A stretch of DNA of 59,338 bases. Origin: Octopus bimaculoides. Taxonomy: Eukaryota. The stretch is taken from positions 95,868,728 to 95,928,065 of the forward strand of contig NC_068989.1 of the NCBI RefSeq assembly GCF_001194135.2, written 5' to 3'. The notes beneath the pieces are model-generated. The model was not told where the DNA came from. It saw nothing but the letters and a program-made list of their open reading frames with translations, and searched no databases. Made by a program: the position numbers and the translations under genes. Of this stretch, positions 1 through 11,892 are shown in pieces (the first letter of the stretch is position 1; every line of letters starts with the position of its first letter).

Positions 1-250
1 GGTTGTCCCGCAGAAATCTTCAATTGTCTTCCACGTTGTATGATGCTATATCCCCTTCTATTTCGTTAAATGCTTCAAGTAACTTGTCTCTAAGTCTCTG
101 TCCATTTGCAGGGTCTTTAAGCTTCCACACCCTTCTCCTCCAAGCCGGTCTAATTCTGGGCACCCATTTTGCCTTGATCCCAAAGTCGCTAACTACTAAT
201 CTATGTTGTGGGGTACATTCTTCGCCAGGGTAGGTTTTGGCATTTATAAG
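1..250 (-). mobile_element. RTE-clade LINE ORF2 remnant (end of AP endonuclease plus linker), running off the window edge
   Basis: Minus-strand translation INAKTYPGEECTPQHRLVVSDFG...RRRVWKLKDPANGQRLRDKLLEAF matches the RTE endonuclease C-terminal pattern (PGE..QHRL+V.D..WKLK). It is nearly the same sequence as 21800-22040. Confidence 0.85.
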
Positions 251-254
251 CTGC

Positions 255-300
<46 letters not shown>

Positions 301-1225
301 AATTTAATTTTTATAATCTAAGGGTTTCCACTGACTTAAGCACACACTATATGCTTGATGGAATGGCACAAAGTTTCTATCTCCCAAATTCTACTTATAA
401 CATATTCAGGTGGGTAGGGAGCATTTTAACCCCTGGCTATTGTACAAACACTTGCTCAAGGTGATACAGAATAGATTTAAACCTGAAACCAAATGGTTGG
501 GAAACAAACTACTTAACTATATACAGCCGTACCTTGCAGGAATTATTCCATGTAATGTTCCTGCAGTTATTGTATTTTAGATATAAAGGGTATTGTTTTA
601 CCTTTTTTTTTTTTTTTTTTTTTTTTTACATCTGACACATTTCTTTGAAGTGTTGATATTTTGATAGATTCTTCCTTCCATGTAACACTTCTGTTGCATA
701 CACAATGCATTCCTTAAATATGATACAGCTTCCAGAGCACAATTGAAGTAATATCTCTCATGAATGTTATCTTTCTAATAGTAGTGAGACTTAGCTGATA
801 ATCGTCTAATACAGGAGGAGATGCATCCCTAAAAGAAACTACCACAATACCTTGTGCTGCTTCTCTGAAGAAACTGACCGTAGCTACTTTCTCATTGGCT
901 GCATCTGATTTTTTTACAGCTTCATTAAAGTTATAAAAGTGAAAGAAGTTTGATAAATGAAAAGCTCTGAAGAGATTTTGCCTAATAGATTCTGCTTAGA
1001 TTCCATGCTGAGATTCCATCAGACATTATTCTTGGATACAATGCAAAGAGGCTTTAGATTATTTTGTACAAAAATCTTTCATGAATATTGCTTCACCATA
1101 TAATTGAAATATTTATGGATTTCTCTATTGTGTTGCATTTCCTTTACTAGAATTTGTTTTATCTTTAAAGGTTTCTTTTCTATCTTTTCTCTCTGTCTCA
1201 CTTCAATCTCAAAATATCATGGGAT

Positions 1226-1454
1226 TTAACCTCTTTGATACCAACTTGACTGAAGCAGCTCTTGCTTCTGTGATACAAAAACTACCTGATTTAAAGTGAT
1301 CTAAATTAAAACTTGCCATTAAAATTTCATGCTAATTTATGTTCCAAACACCAGCTTAAAAACAACAAAACCACTTCCTTAAATTTTTCATTAGTTAAAA
1401 CATTTTTTTAAAAGACCACATGTTTGAACAGAAATATGGTAACAAAAGGGTGAA
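1226..1454 (+). mobile_element. piggyBac-like MITE, family 2
   Basis: Starts TTAA-CCTCTTTGATACC and ends GGTAACAAAAGGG-TGAA (degenerate TTAA and TIR). Shares an exact 27-mer (1333-1359) with the reverse complement of 3250-3276. Confidence 0.7.
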
Positions 1455-2001
1455 ATGAAGAAATCTTTTGAGGCTAAAAAATAACTTTTTCTTCAGCTGT
1501 AACAATGGGAAGAAACTATCAATGCCAGATTTGAGATTGGTGAATCCTGAGACCTTTCATTAAAAACTTACACTAGAACACCCGACAGCTTGTTTAGCTT
1601 TTGCCCTTAATCCAACACTATCAGTCAATGAATATATTTCAAAGCAGACATTGTTCAGTTGTAGAATTCTGTTTACTTACGATGCTTTATTGATTTAGAA
1701 CTGTGTTATTTTTTCTTTCTTGAATGAAATGGTTTTGAAGGTGAACATGGTTTTATTGTTGACTATTTGAAGCTGTTACACTGCTCTCGTTTGTTTTATT
1801 GTGTTGCATCTTAACAAGATTTGTTTTACTTTCTAAGATTTTATCCTCATTTGTTTTCTCTTTCTTCGTCTCCTTTCTAACCCCACTCTTTTTCTCACCT
1901 CAATCCCTTCTACCAATATGATAGGATTTAAAATTTAAGACATATAGTTTTATGGCATCTTGCTCAATAGGGTTTTAATTATAACAAATAAAAAAGAAAC
2001 T

Positions 2002-2003
<2 letters not shown>

Positions 2004-2066
<63 letters not shown>
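2004..2066. repeat. (TG)n microsatellite running into an assembly gap
   Basis: Directly visible. Representative of dozens of (CA/TG)n, (TA)n, (GA)n and (CAT)n tracts in the window. Confidence 0.98.
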
Positions 2067-3156
2067 NNNNNNNNNNNNNNNNNNNNNNNNNNNNNNNNNN
2101 NNNNNNNNNNNNNNNNNNNNNNNNNNNNNNNNNNNNNNNNNNNNNNNNNNNNNNNNNNNNNNNNNNNNNNNNNNNNNNNNNNNNNNNNNNNNNNNNNNNN
2201 NNNNNNNNNNNNNNNNNNNNNNNNNNNNNNNNNNNNNNNNNNNNNNNNNNNNNNNNNNNNNNNNNNNNNNNNNNNNNNNNNNNNNNNNNNNNNNNNNNNN
2301 ATCCCCCCCCCCCAAGTTCTTTATTTTTATTACATTATATTTTATATGAAGGGAAAACATGATAGTTGGTAATGGACAAAATATTACTATTTCTTTAAAT
2401 ATTTCAGACATCTTCGCTGATGTATTCTTAGCATTCAGAACTAATACATTTCATTTAGTTATTTCTCAGCATTTACTTTATCTCTACAAGGACTGGAACA
2501 TTGACATTTAACTGTAGATAGAAACCATGCCGAAGCTGACATTGTATCCAACCCATGCCAGCATGGAAAATGGATGGTAAATGATGGTGATTGCTCCAGG
2601 GCTGACACTACACCTTGGGCACTCCAGGTGATTGTCTAAGGCACTAAAAACACAAATTTTATCTTAGTTATAAATCAGGCTCTACTGGGAGGGGTGGGGG
2701 TGGGGAAGTCAAGAGGGTCATTTGGTATTATGACCTATCACATGTTTTGATGTAAAGCATTTAAAATTTTGTCAGGTAATGAATTTACTTACTTACATGA
2801 CTTATAATGATATTATAAATTTCTTGTGCACTGAAGAGGGTGACGACCAGAGTAATGTATAGAAAAAGTAGTTGATGGAGGTGCACAATTTAGGGCTTGG
2901 CAAAGTGTTGTGTTGGGTGGGGGGAAGTGGACACATCTTGTGGCTGGGGAAAAGGAGCATACATTGTAGAAATGGAAAGTGGAGTGCACATTGTAGGAAT
3001 GGCTTTGTATGCTGAATACCCAGGTAAGCTGCTCTACATTCCTCATTCAGGTATGTTTAAAAAGATCCCAAGAAAATCTATCACTTGCTATTGACTTTAT
3101 CTAAAATCTAATCCTCATCATCTTTTAAGAATCAAACTCTGATTGATAGGAACAAT

Positions 3157-3363
3157 TTAACCCTTTTGTTACTATATTTCTGTCGATATAAAATTCCTTT
3201 GTTTTATTTAATTTTGAAAATAATGAAAAATTCTAGAAAAATAACATAATTAAGCTGGTGTTTGGAACATAAATTAACAGGAAACTTCAACAGAAGGTTT
3301 CAATTCCAATCATTTTAAAACAAACCAGAACAGTCTCGGGTACCCTTGTATCAAAAGGGTCAA
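3157..3363 (-). mobile_element. piggyBac-like MITE, family 2 (inverted relative to 1226-1454)
   Basis: TTAA-CCCTTTTGTTAC ... GTATCAAAAGGG-TCAA termini; internal identity to the first copy. Confidence 0.7.
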
Positions 3364-4130
3364 TTCTGTTTGTCTTCATGAAAATTCTTGCCCATATTTT
3401 ACACAAACAATTCTAATTTCCTTTAGAATTCTACCATGGACAAGCTAACAAAGAAGGTTCTGTGTAGTTATTTGACCTGCTTGAAGTAGTAGTCAGATAA
3501 CCCACAAATTAATTTCCCTAGCATCTTAAGAAAAGTGTGAGGGAAGAAGAAAATAGACAGTGGACAATGTAGTTATTCATGTACGATAAGTAGGTCATGG
3601 TTAGAATGCCTTTGATTACACCTTCTCTTCAATCATTGGTGGAGAAACAAATTAATAGGTGCTTTATCTTTGGACAACTTTTAATATTCTACAATATGTA
3701 GATGTCTTCTGCCAAAATATATTATTCTAATTCACTGCAGTATTATTGCATAACTCTTATGTTCAGAATGTGTGTGAGAGAGAGAGATAGGAAAAGTTTC
3801 CTCATTGGTAATATTTATTTAGTCTTTTTTTCCATTTTAGATAATAGTAAAAATCGTAATTGTAAACAAAAAAAGATAAAAACAATCATTTTATATTTTT
3901 ATTATAGTATATTACATTACATTATTATTGTTTTTATTACATTATATTACATTATATTTCTGAAGGAAAATAACATGATGGTTGGTAATGGATAAAAATA
4001 TTTCTATTAATTTAAATATTTCACATATCTTCAATAAAGTATTCATTGCATTCCAAAGTAATACCTCTTGGTCATTTCTGACTGTTTATTGTTTTTCACT
4101 GGAAGTGGAATACACAGGCAAAGAAATACA

Positions 4131-4580
4131 GACATGTCTGTGTGATTGACAAGTTCACTTCCCACTCACAGAGTTTCAAGGTCATTGGTTTTGGGTGGTA
4201 CCTTGAGTAAATGTCTTGTACTACTACTCTAAGCCGACCAAAGTGGAATTAGTAGATGGAAACTGAAAGAAGCCTGTGATATACAGTGGGTTTCTTTCAT
4301 TCACATACATGTGTGTGTGTGTGTTTTGTCTTGACATTGCATGATAGTTGTAAGCAAGTGACTCTGCTATACAGGTGCTATCATTTTGTTTCCAATCTTC
4401 CATGAAAATATGTCTGGCCTTGGAGAAATATTATGTTGCTTGGAAACTGGTAAGTGTTATGGATCGGAAGGACATCTGACTGTAAGAAACTTACTTCAAT
4501 GAAATCCCTTTCACTCATACAAGCATGGGAGATCATCCTCATCCTGCAAATTTGAACATTAAAACCATGATGATAATGAT
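4131..4580 (+). mobile_element. Family A tRNA/CORE-like SINE with RTE-type (GAT)n tail, degraded
   Basis: Core ccttgagtaaatgtctt...gatggaaactgaaagaagcc, internal (TG)n, tail ggaaggacatc...agcatgg...(GAT)n. Confidence 0.7.
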
Positions 4581-4680
4581 TCCTCATTCTTGTATGCTTT
4601 TCCTCCCTCACCAAAAAACAAATCAATTTTTTTTTCTAATTTTTACCTCTTAAACCTAAACCTTATCCCTCAATATCCTT

Positions 4681-4891
4681 TTAACCCTTTAGCATTTAGA
4701 TAATTCTGTAAAATGTAATGCTTATTTATTTACATTGTCTTATTACATTGTCTTGCATTATCTTGTAGCTCTGAGATTTAATGATGTGTTTATTTTTAGG
4801 ATGATATTGTGGGGTAGGTTTAAGAGGTTAGATCTAGCCAGTTTAAATATAAAACAGAATATTTGGGCCAGATTAAATGCTAAACGGTTAA
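4681..4891 (+). mobile_element. piggyBac-like MITE, family 1
   Basis: TTAA-CCCTTTAGCATTTA ... TAAATGCTAAACGG-TTAA: ~14-bp TIR beginning CCCT inside a TTAA target duplication, the piggyBac signature. Confidence 0.8.
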
Positions 4892-5251
4892 AATCTAACA
4901 TTTTTTTTTCATAGCAGCACTTTAATCCAGTTTCCCTTACAACTTTTGCTGCTCTTTTTGTCTTTTCTACTTTAGTGCAAGTGAAGCTTCATAACCTTGT
5001 GGTTAGCATGTTAACTTCACTGTTATAAGGCTGGTGAGTTCAATTTCTGGAGTGGGCAGTGAGTTGTGGTCTCGAGCACATTTTACATTTATTTCATGTT
5101 GCTCCCTCTAGCTGTCCCTTTTCTGATGTTCCTCTGGGTCAATGGGTGGGGGAGAGTCAAGAGGTTGTCAGTGTCCCCTCACAACTACCAGGTCATACTT
5201 GGCTACCAGCAACTGCTCTTGTTTCCTATTATTTTTGTAGGGGTATCTTAG

Positions 5252-5655
5252 CACAGGTGTGGCTGTGGGGTTAAGAAGCTTCTTTCCTAACCATGTGGTT
5301 TCAGGTTCAATCCCACTGTGTGGAACCTTAGGCAAGTGTCTTCTACCATAGGCACAGATTGACCAAAGTCTTGTGAGTGAATCTGGTAGATGGAAACAGG
5401 AAGAAGTCCATGTGTGTGCGTGTAACCTTCTTATCACATGATGGTTGTGAGTGAGAATCACTATCATGCAAGCTATGTTGATTGTTCGCCGTCTTCTGTG
5501 AAAAGCATGCCTGGCCTTGGGAGGAATATTATCTTGCTTGGGAGTAGATGAGGGGTGGTGACTGGAAAGGCATCCTGCCATTCAAAATCTGCCTCTATAA
5601 ATTCTGTCTGACCCATGCTAGCATGGAAAAGTGGTCATTAAATGATGTCTATGAA
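5252..5655 (+). mobile_element. Family A SINE with RTE-type tail
   Basis: Head ggtgtggctgtggggttaagaagc, B-box-like ggttcaatccc, core ccttaggcaagtgtcttct, tail acccatgctagcatggaaaagtgg..ttaaatgatg. Confidence 0.8.
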
Positions 5656-6456
5656 GTGTCCTTATTGACGGTTTTGTACTGATCTGCAAGGATACTTCAT
5701 CAACATCATTTAACGTCCACTTTTCCATGCTAGCATGGGTCAGGCAAAATTTATAGAGGCAGATTTTGTATGGTAAGATGCCATTCTAGTCACCAGCACT
5801 CAAGGGCTTTGGAATCGGTACACAAAACTTTCAATTCTTTCTACATGATTTCTTGTAACACCAACTCCATCAGATTTTATCTTCCTCTTTATAATTAGAC
5901 TAATCATATATTTCATTAATTGATGGCAATTACACAGCCACCATTAATCATCAGGCTACTTTTTAGCAGCCTGACTTGTTAAAGTTTGCATTTAAAACAC
6001 AGTAGCTATGTTATTATTTTTTTTATATTATTATTATTTATTAAAGGATCTACACACAATTAAGTATAATAATACAGAACTTAGTAAAAGGAAAAAAGAA
6101 ACTGTTTTCTTCTTCTTCAAAAGATCTGTTAAGCAAAAGATTATAAGTGATAAACTATATAAATAGTATAAAAGAATATCAGTAACATCTTTGTTTACCA
6201 AGTTCAATAATCTAAAGTACATCAAAGTTAAAACTAAAAGGCTGAACACTTAAAGCAACAAATGACAATTTTAAAAGAAATAAACTCAATTAGATGTATA
6301 ATAACACTTCTTTTTCAAGATTAACGCAATGTTTGAATATAAATTTGAAGAGACTGTAACATGAAAGATTACTTGAAATAATTTTTTTTTTAAATTATAA
6401 GATATTCAAAAGTTTATTCCTAGAAAAGTTACTAAAGAAATTCTGTATCTACAATA

Positions 6457-6664
6457 TTTAGCATTGAAAGCAGCCATATCTGGCTGAAATATCCTACCTG
6501 TTTTATGCTCAATATTAGTTGAATCCAGTCTCTCTCACCTACCCTAAAATCTAATTCTAAAAATAGACAATTACATCATGAAATTTTCAAAGCTACAAGA
6601 TAATCCAGGATTAATTCAAAAGAATGTGAATAAATAAGCAATAATCTGAATGCTGATGGGTTAA
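6457..6664 (-). mobile_element. piggyBac-like MITE, family 1 (degraded)
   Basis: tttagcatt ... gaatgctgatgggTTAA; internal similarity to the reverse complement of 4681-4891. Confidence 0.65.
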
Positions 6665-7698
6665 GGGTTCAATCAAAAATACAAATTCAAAATTTACATC
6701 TTGTTCTTTCTAAGAATAAGATGTTTAGCCCTTAAAATTTGATTTAATCATTCTAAGTGTAGAAAATAGCTGAATTAATATCTTTTGAAATTTGAATCCA
6801 TTGTGTTACACTTTATGTTTGGTTAGTCAGTAACTTCTTGCTGACTCCATCTGTAGCAATTCAATGATTTCTTCTTCCTGCAATTCTTCCCTCCCAGCCT
6901 TTAACACTCCCCTCACCACCCTTACCCCTTTAGTTCAGTGTCAGGTGGTGCGTATAATGCACAGTTTTGCAATATAAAATGATTCTTTTTTTTTTTTAGT
7001 TACTATTTCTAGCATCTCAGGCAACTGCATAGAGGCTCTCTTGTTTGTTCAGTAGTGAAATACTTGCCTGGTATATAAATGTTTTCATATACTGTGCTCT
7101 ATTGTTTTGCTTGCTATCCTAAAGTGCTACAAGAAATGGGAAAAAGAAAAACAAAATCTGCAACAGACAAAAGCATAATGTCACCCTGAACTTTTGGGTT
7201 TCTATAATAAATGCTGCTTTTGCTTAAATTGCAGTGATACTGTGTTGATAAGTGTGCAGAAAAATGAAATGAAGATAGAACAAGCAGGGGAGTAAAGTCT
7301 ATTAGTCTTAATCATCTGAATATAAGTAGCTGTAGAAATTAAATGTCCTGGTTAAAATTTTTATAAGTACCCCCACTAAGTCATCTAATCCAATAGGCTA
7401 AAATTTCTCTTTCTCATCTCTGTGTAGGTAGGTAGGTAGGTATGTGTGTGTGTACACACATACACACACAGTTCTCACTTAATCTTAAACTAGTTCAACC
7501 CTATGAGAACTAAAGTTTATATGGAGAATAACTTACAAGCGAGCTATAAAAGAGTCAGTCATCAAACACATCAAATGTTTATGCTCATCATCAGCTGCTT
7601 AATGGATATCATTATAGTTTCAACACTTTGGCCATACCATCCAATCTGGCAGGAGCAGCACTGTTCAGCTGGCTGAGGCATCACTGTTCAATACATAT

Positions 7699-7871
7699 AT
7701 TCTCAGAGTGGTTGGCGTTAGGAAGGGCATCCAGCTGTAGAAACTGCCAAATCAGATTGGAGCCTGGTGTAGCCACCTGGTCCACCAGTCCACCAGTCCT
7801 CAGTCAAATCGTCCAACCCATGCTAGCATGGAAAGCGGATGTTAAATGACGATGATGATGATGATGATGAT
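7699..7871 (+). mobile_element. 5'-truncated RTE 3' tail with (GAT)n
   Basis: gagtggttggcgttaggaagggcatccagctgtagaaac...catgctagcatggaaagcggatgttaaa(GAT)n, the same tail as the LINE at 8666-9800. Confidence 0.9.
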
Positions 7872-8538
7872 ACACACACACACACACTCACTCACTCACT
7901 CACTTCAGTTTGTCAATGAAAGAGAAAGTGAAAACTCAAAATAATGTATATTCTTTATTTAAACAGAATTCATTCTATTGCAACTCCAATTTCATGCCAC
8001 CTTAATACTTTGACAGGAACAATAAACTTGTCAAGGAATTGCAATTTTAGGTATTAGACATAAAATATGGATCCTCTCAGGGTATATCAAGGACATGTTT
8101 AGTGAGATCAGATATAATGACATCTCAAGTAGACCGTATGTCTACATTAGGAAAATAGGATATGACTGGTGTAATCAACAGGCAGATACTGAACCAACTA
8201 ATGAATCTGTGATGAACAACTCTAGTGAAAAAGGACAAAGTTTTAAGTGAAGCAGGATGCAAATATGTAGATGTAAAATAATTATTGAATCGGCCAATAT
8301 GACATAATCTACCGAAAAAACTGTTTTAGAAAAACCTGGCCAATAAAGTAATATACAGATGAAGAACAGTGAAGTAAACCATTTCAAAAGAAAATTGACA
8401 TTGACAGATAAAATGGCAAGAACTGTAAGTGTCTTCATAAACCATCGATAGAAACCAGCCAATTGAAAAGATAGTCATAATGAATGAACCCTGTCACATT
8501 TGCATAAAACCAGCATGAAGACTGAAAGTATACAGTTC

Positions 8539-8577
8539 TTGCCTGAAAATTGCTATTGCATGAAACCTGAGTCATGA
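8539..8577 (+). ncRNA. Degenerate minimal hammerhead-ribozyme-like motif (G8->A, probably inactive)
   Basis: CTGAAAA-t-TGC(TATT)GCA-t-GAAAC(CTGA)GTC. Core, helix II, short helix III and a GUC triplet are in the right order; G8 is missing and helix I is weak. Confidence 0.45.
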
Positions 8578-8615
8578 CACAGAGTTCAGAGGGTATGTGT
8601 GCGTGTGTGTGTGTG

Positions 8616-8665
<50 letters not shown>

Positions 8666-8668
<3 letters not shown>

Positions 8669-9800
8669 TCATCATCATTTAACGTCCGCTTTCCATGCTA
8701 GCATGGGTTGGACAATTTGACTGAGGACTGGTGAACAAGCAGACTGCACCAGGCTCCAATCTGATCTGGCAGAGTTTCTACAGCTGGATGCCCTTCTTAA
8801 CACCAACTACTCTGAGAGTGTAATGGGTGCTTTTACGTGCCACCTGCACAGGTGTCAATTGTATGACATCAGTATCTGCTATGACTACAATTTCACTCAG
8901 CTTGATGGATCTTCTTTCTCAAGTACATTATATTGTCAAAGGTCTTGGTCATTTGTTATTACATCCATGGTGAGGCCTAGCGCATGAAATTCCCCTTTTA
9001 TGTGCTACCGGCATGGATTGCTAGATCCATGACACCAGCATCGGCGACATTTCCACCGTGAGGCCCAATACTCAAAAGGTGCTTTTTATGTGCCACAAGC
9101 ACAGGTGCCAGTTATGTGACACTGACAACAACCACAACTATGATTTCACTTAGTTTGACAAGCACAGCCTATTGCCAAATGTCTCAGTCACTAGTCTTTG
9201 CCTCTGTAAGCCCCAGCGTTCAAAGATCTTGCTTCACCACCTCATCCCATGTGTTTCTGGGTCTCCCTGTTCCACAGCTTCTTTCCACTGATAGAGATCA
9301 GTACTTCATCACACAGCTGTCCACATCCATTTGCATCACATGACCATACCTGCGGAGTTGTCTTTCTTGCGCACCACACCTGATGTCTCATGTGCCCAAC
9401 CTTTCTCTCAAGACGTTTACACTCCATCATGCATGTACACTGATATTGCACATCCAGCAAAGCATACTGGTTTCATTCCTTTCAAATCTATGCATGTCCT
9501 CAGCAGTTACAGCCCATGTTTCACTGCTGTGTAACTTAGCTGTTCACACACAGGCATCATCCAATCCGCCCTTCACTCTGATGGAGAGGCTCTTTGTTAC
9601 CAACAGATGTAGGAGCTCTCTGAACTTTGCCTAATCTATTCTTATTCTAGCAGCTATGCTTTTGGTGCATCCACCCTCATTACTAACTTGGTCACCTAGG
9701 TAACAGAAGCTATCAATTACTTCTAGTTTTCCTCTGGCATTTGATGGAGTCTATTTTCTGTACATTTTTAGTGTTAATCATACCTGTGCACGTTCCACAC
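8666..9800 (-). mobile_element. 5'-truncated RTE LINE: ORF2 C-terminus (~9150-9800), 3' UTR and (GAT)n tail
   Basis: Minus translation LEVIDSFCYLGDQVSNEGGC..ARI..AKFREL..LLVTK..SETWAV...LRRYGHV...GRPRNTWDEVVKQDL is the classic RTE C-terminus, with stops and frameshifts. It continues into the UTR and ends in (CAT)n on the plus strand at 8666. Confidence 0.92.
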
Positions 9801-10953
9801 ACAAATATATGTTTATATACCAGGATGGAAAGTGGCCATTAAATGAAAAAAATAATGAGATACATAAAAAGAGATAGAAAGAAATATATTATAATCACCA
9901 TTTTTACTTCTGCTTTTCCCATATTGGCATACTTTACTTGCAAAATCTCAAGGAATTATTCTGAAACCAGATGTCCTTTCTAACACCAGTTCTTGGTTGT
10001 TTTCAAGTAAGGTACTTTATTTTGCATGTTGGTATGTCACCAGTGTCAAAATAGAGTTGGTATGGGGAAATGTGAAAATGCACATGTATATAGACACATA
10101 CACACTGGAACATATATAAATATGTGTGTGGCTGACAGGCTTCTATACAGTTTCCATCTACCAAATTTAACTCACAATGGATTGGTCAGCCTGAAAGGTA
10201 CCACACTGTGATCAAACCAAAATCCACTTAATTGCAAAGCAAACTTCTTAACTGCACAATCATAGCAACACTTTCACTTCTAATGAGAATGGCTGGTGAT
10301 TAGACAGTGTTTTTATTTACAACCCATGAATTGGTGAAGTGAATGTTTTATGGTATTTAGTTGCTTCCTTTGTAGCTTGAGTTTAAATTCAACCGAGGTT
10401 GACTCTGCCTTTCATTCCCCCAGGAAAGCAAATAAAAATAGGTATTAACCATTTTATTGCAGGCCAATGAAATAGATTTCACTTTACCCAACAAAAAGTT
10501 TGGCTTCATACCTATGCTAGAAATTATTATACAAACACTTTTTACACACACGCACGCACGCACGNNNNNNNNNNNNNNNNNNNNNNNNNNNNNNNNNNNN
10601 NNNNNNNNNNNNNNNNNNNNNNNNNNNNNNNNNNNNNNNNNNNNNNNNNNNNNNNNNNNNNNNNNNNNNNNNNNNNNNNNNNNNNNNNNNNNNNNNNNNN
10701 NNNNNNNNNNNNNNNNNNNNNNNNNNNNNNNNNNNNNNNNNNNNNNNNNNNNNNNNNNNNNNNNNNNNNNNNNNNNNNNNNNNNNNNNNNNNNNNNNNNN
10801 NNNNNNNNNNNNNNNNNNNNNNNNNNNNNNNNNNNNNNNNNNNNNNNNNNNNNNNNNNNNNNNNNNNNNNNNNNNNNNNNNNNNNNNNNNNNNNNNNNNN
10901 NNNNNNNNNNNNNNNNNNNNNNNNNNNNNNNNNNNNNNNNNNNNNNNNNNNNN

Positions 10954-11180
10954 CTCCATACCTTTCTGTATTTCGCTTCATCTCCATACCTTTCTGTATT
11001 TCGCTTCATCTCCATACCTTTCTGTATTTAGCTTCATCTCCATACCTTTCTGTATTTAGCTTCATCTCCATACCTTTCTGTATTTAGCTTCATCTCCATA
11101 CCTTTCTGTATTTCGCTTCATCTCCATACCTTTCTGTATTTCGCTTCATCTCCATACCTTTCTGTATTTAGCTCCATCTT
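10954..11180. repeat. 28-bp minisatellite, at least 8 units, continuing from a gap
   Basis: Unit CTCCATACCTTTCTGTATTT(C/A)GCTTCAT starting at 10954, 10982, 11010, 11038, 11066, 11094, 11122, 11150; no spacers. Confidence 0.97.
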
Positions 11181-11892
11181 CCATTCAGCATCCAAATGCC
11201 TCTTCATGTGGACTTAGTTTTTCATGTCTTCAAAATTAGTATCCCAAGTAATTGCAGTACACTGAGGCTGATTCCATCAATCATAGTCCCTTGGCTACAA
11301 AAGCTGGGCCTGCACTTTGTCAAAAGAAATTAATTATAGCAGTTAGATAGTATTTGTATAATGTGAAAAATAAACGAAGGGTTATTTAAATCAACCTCAC
11401 TTTGACAGACATTCCATGAGATCAATAAGGGTTTTTGTCCACATTTATAAATAATATCAAATGTTAATAAGTTTTCGACCATCTGCATTAATGTACCATT
11501 AGAAAGATTTCTTTCATTATATTCTATTAATCATACCTACTGACGTGTACAGTACAAACAAATTCTATATTGTAAGAGTTCATTAATAACTAATAATTTA
11601 GATATATAGCTGTGTTGCTAGTCTCCGTTCTATCCAAGTGATTCACACTGAGTTAGTTCTACAAAATCACGATAAAACCATGGCTTTCCATTTTCCAACA
11701 TCTACATTTAAATAGGACAGAAGTAGATATTGGAAATAAATATTGCGGCTCATATTGATGATGCTTAATAGGACATTAACCCACTAATTATGGCAATGTG
11801 ATTCTTGTCAGTGGAATCTTAGAGTGAACTATTCATGAATTATAGGTTTGGTTCCTTTTATAGTCATCCTTGTAATGCTGCCTAATTTCTAA

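Noticed and set aside
2897-3094. 65-aa ORF with two donor-like sites (CAG|gtaagc, CAG|gtatgt)
   Set aside because: No credible pyrimidine tract or acceptor upstream and no recognisable peptide.
8050-8530. Penelope GIY-YIG coding remnant upstream of the hammerhead relic
   Set aside because: Seven stops in about 176 codons and no convincing GIY-YIG motif; it cannot be supported by eye.
10954-11180. CRISPR array (28-bp direct repeats)
   Set aside because: The repeats are contiguous with no spacers, there are no cas genes and the context is eukaryotic. It is a minisatellite.
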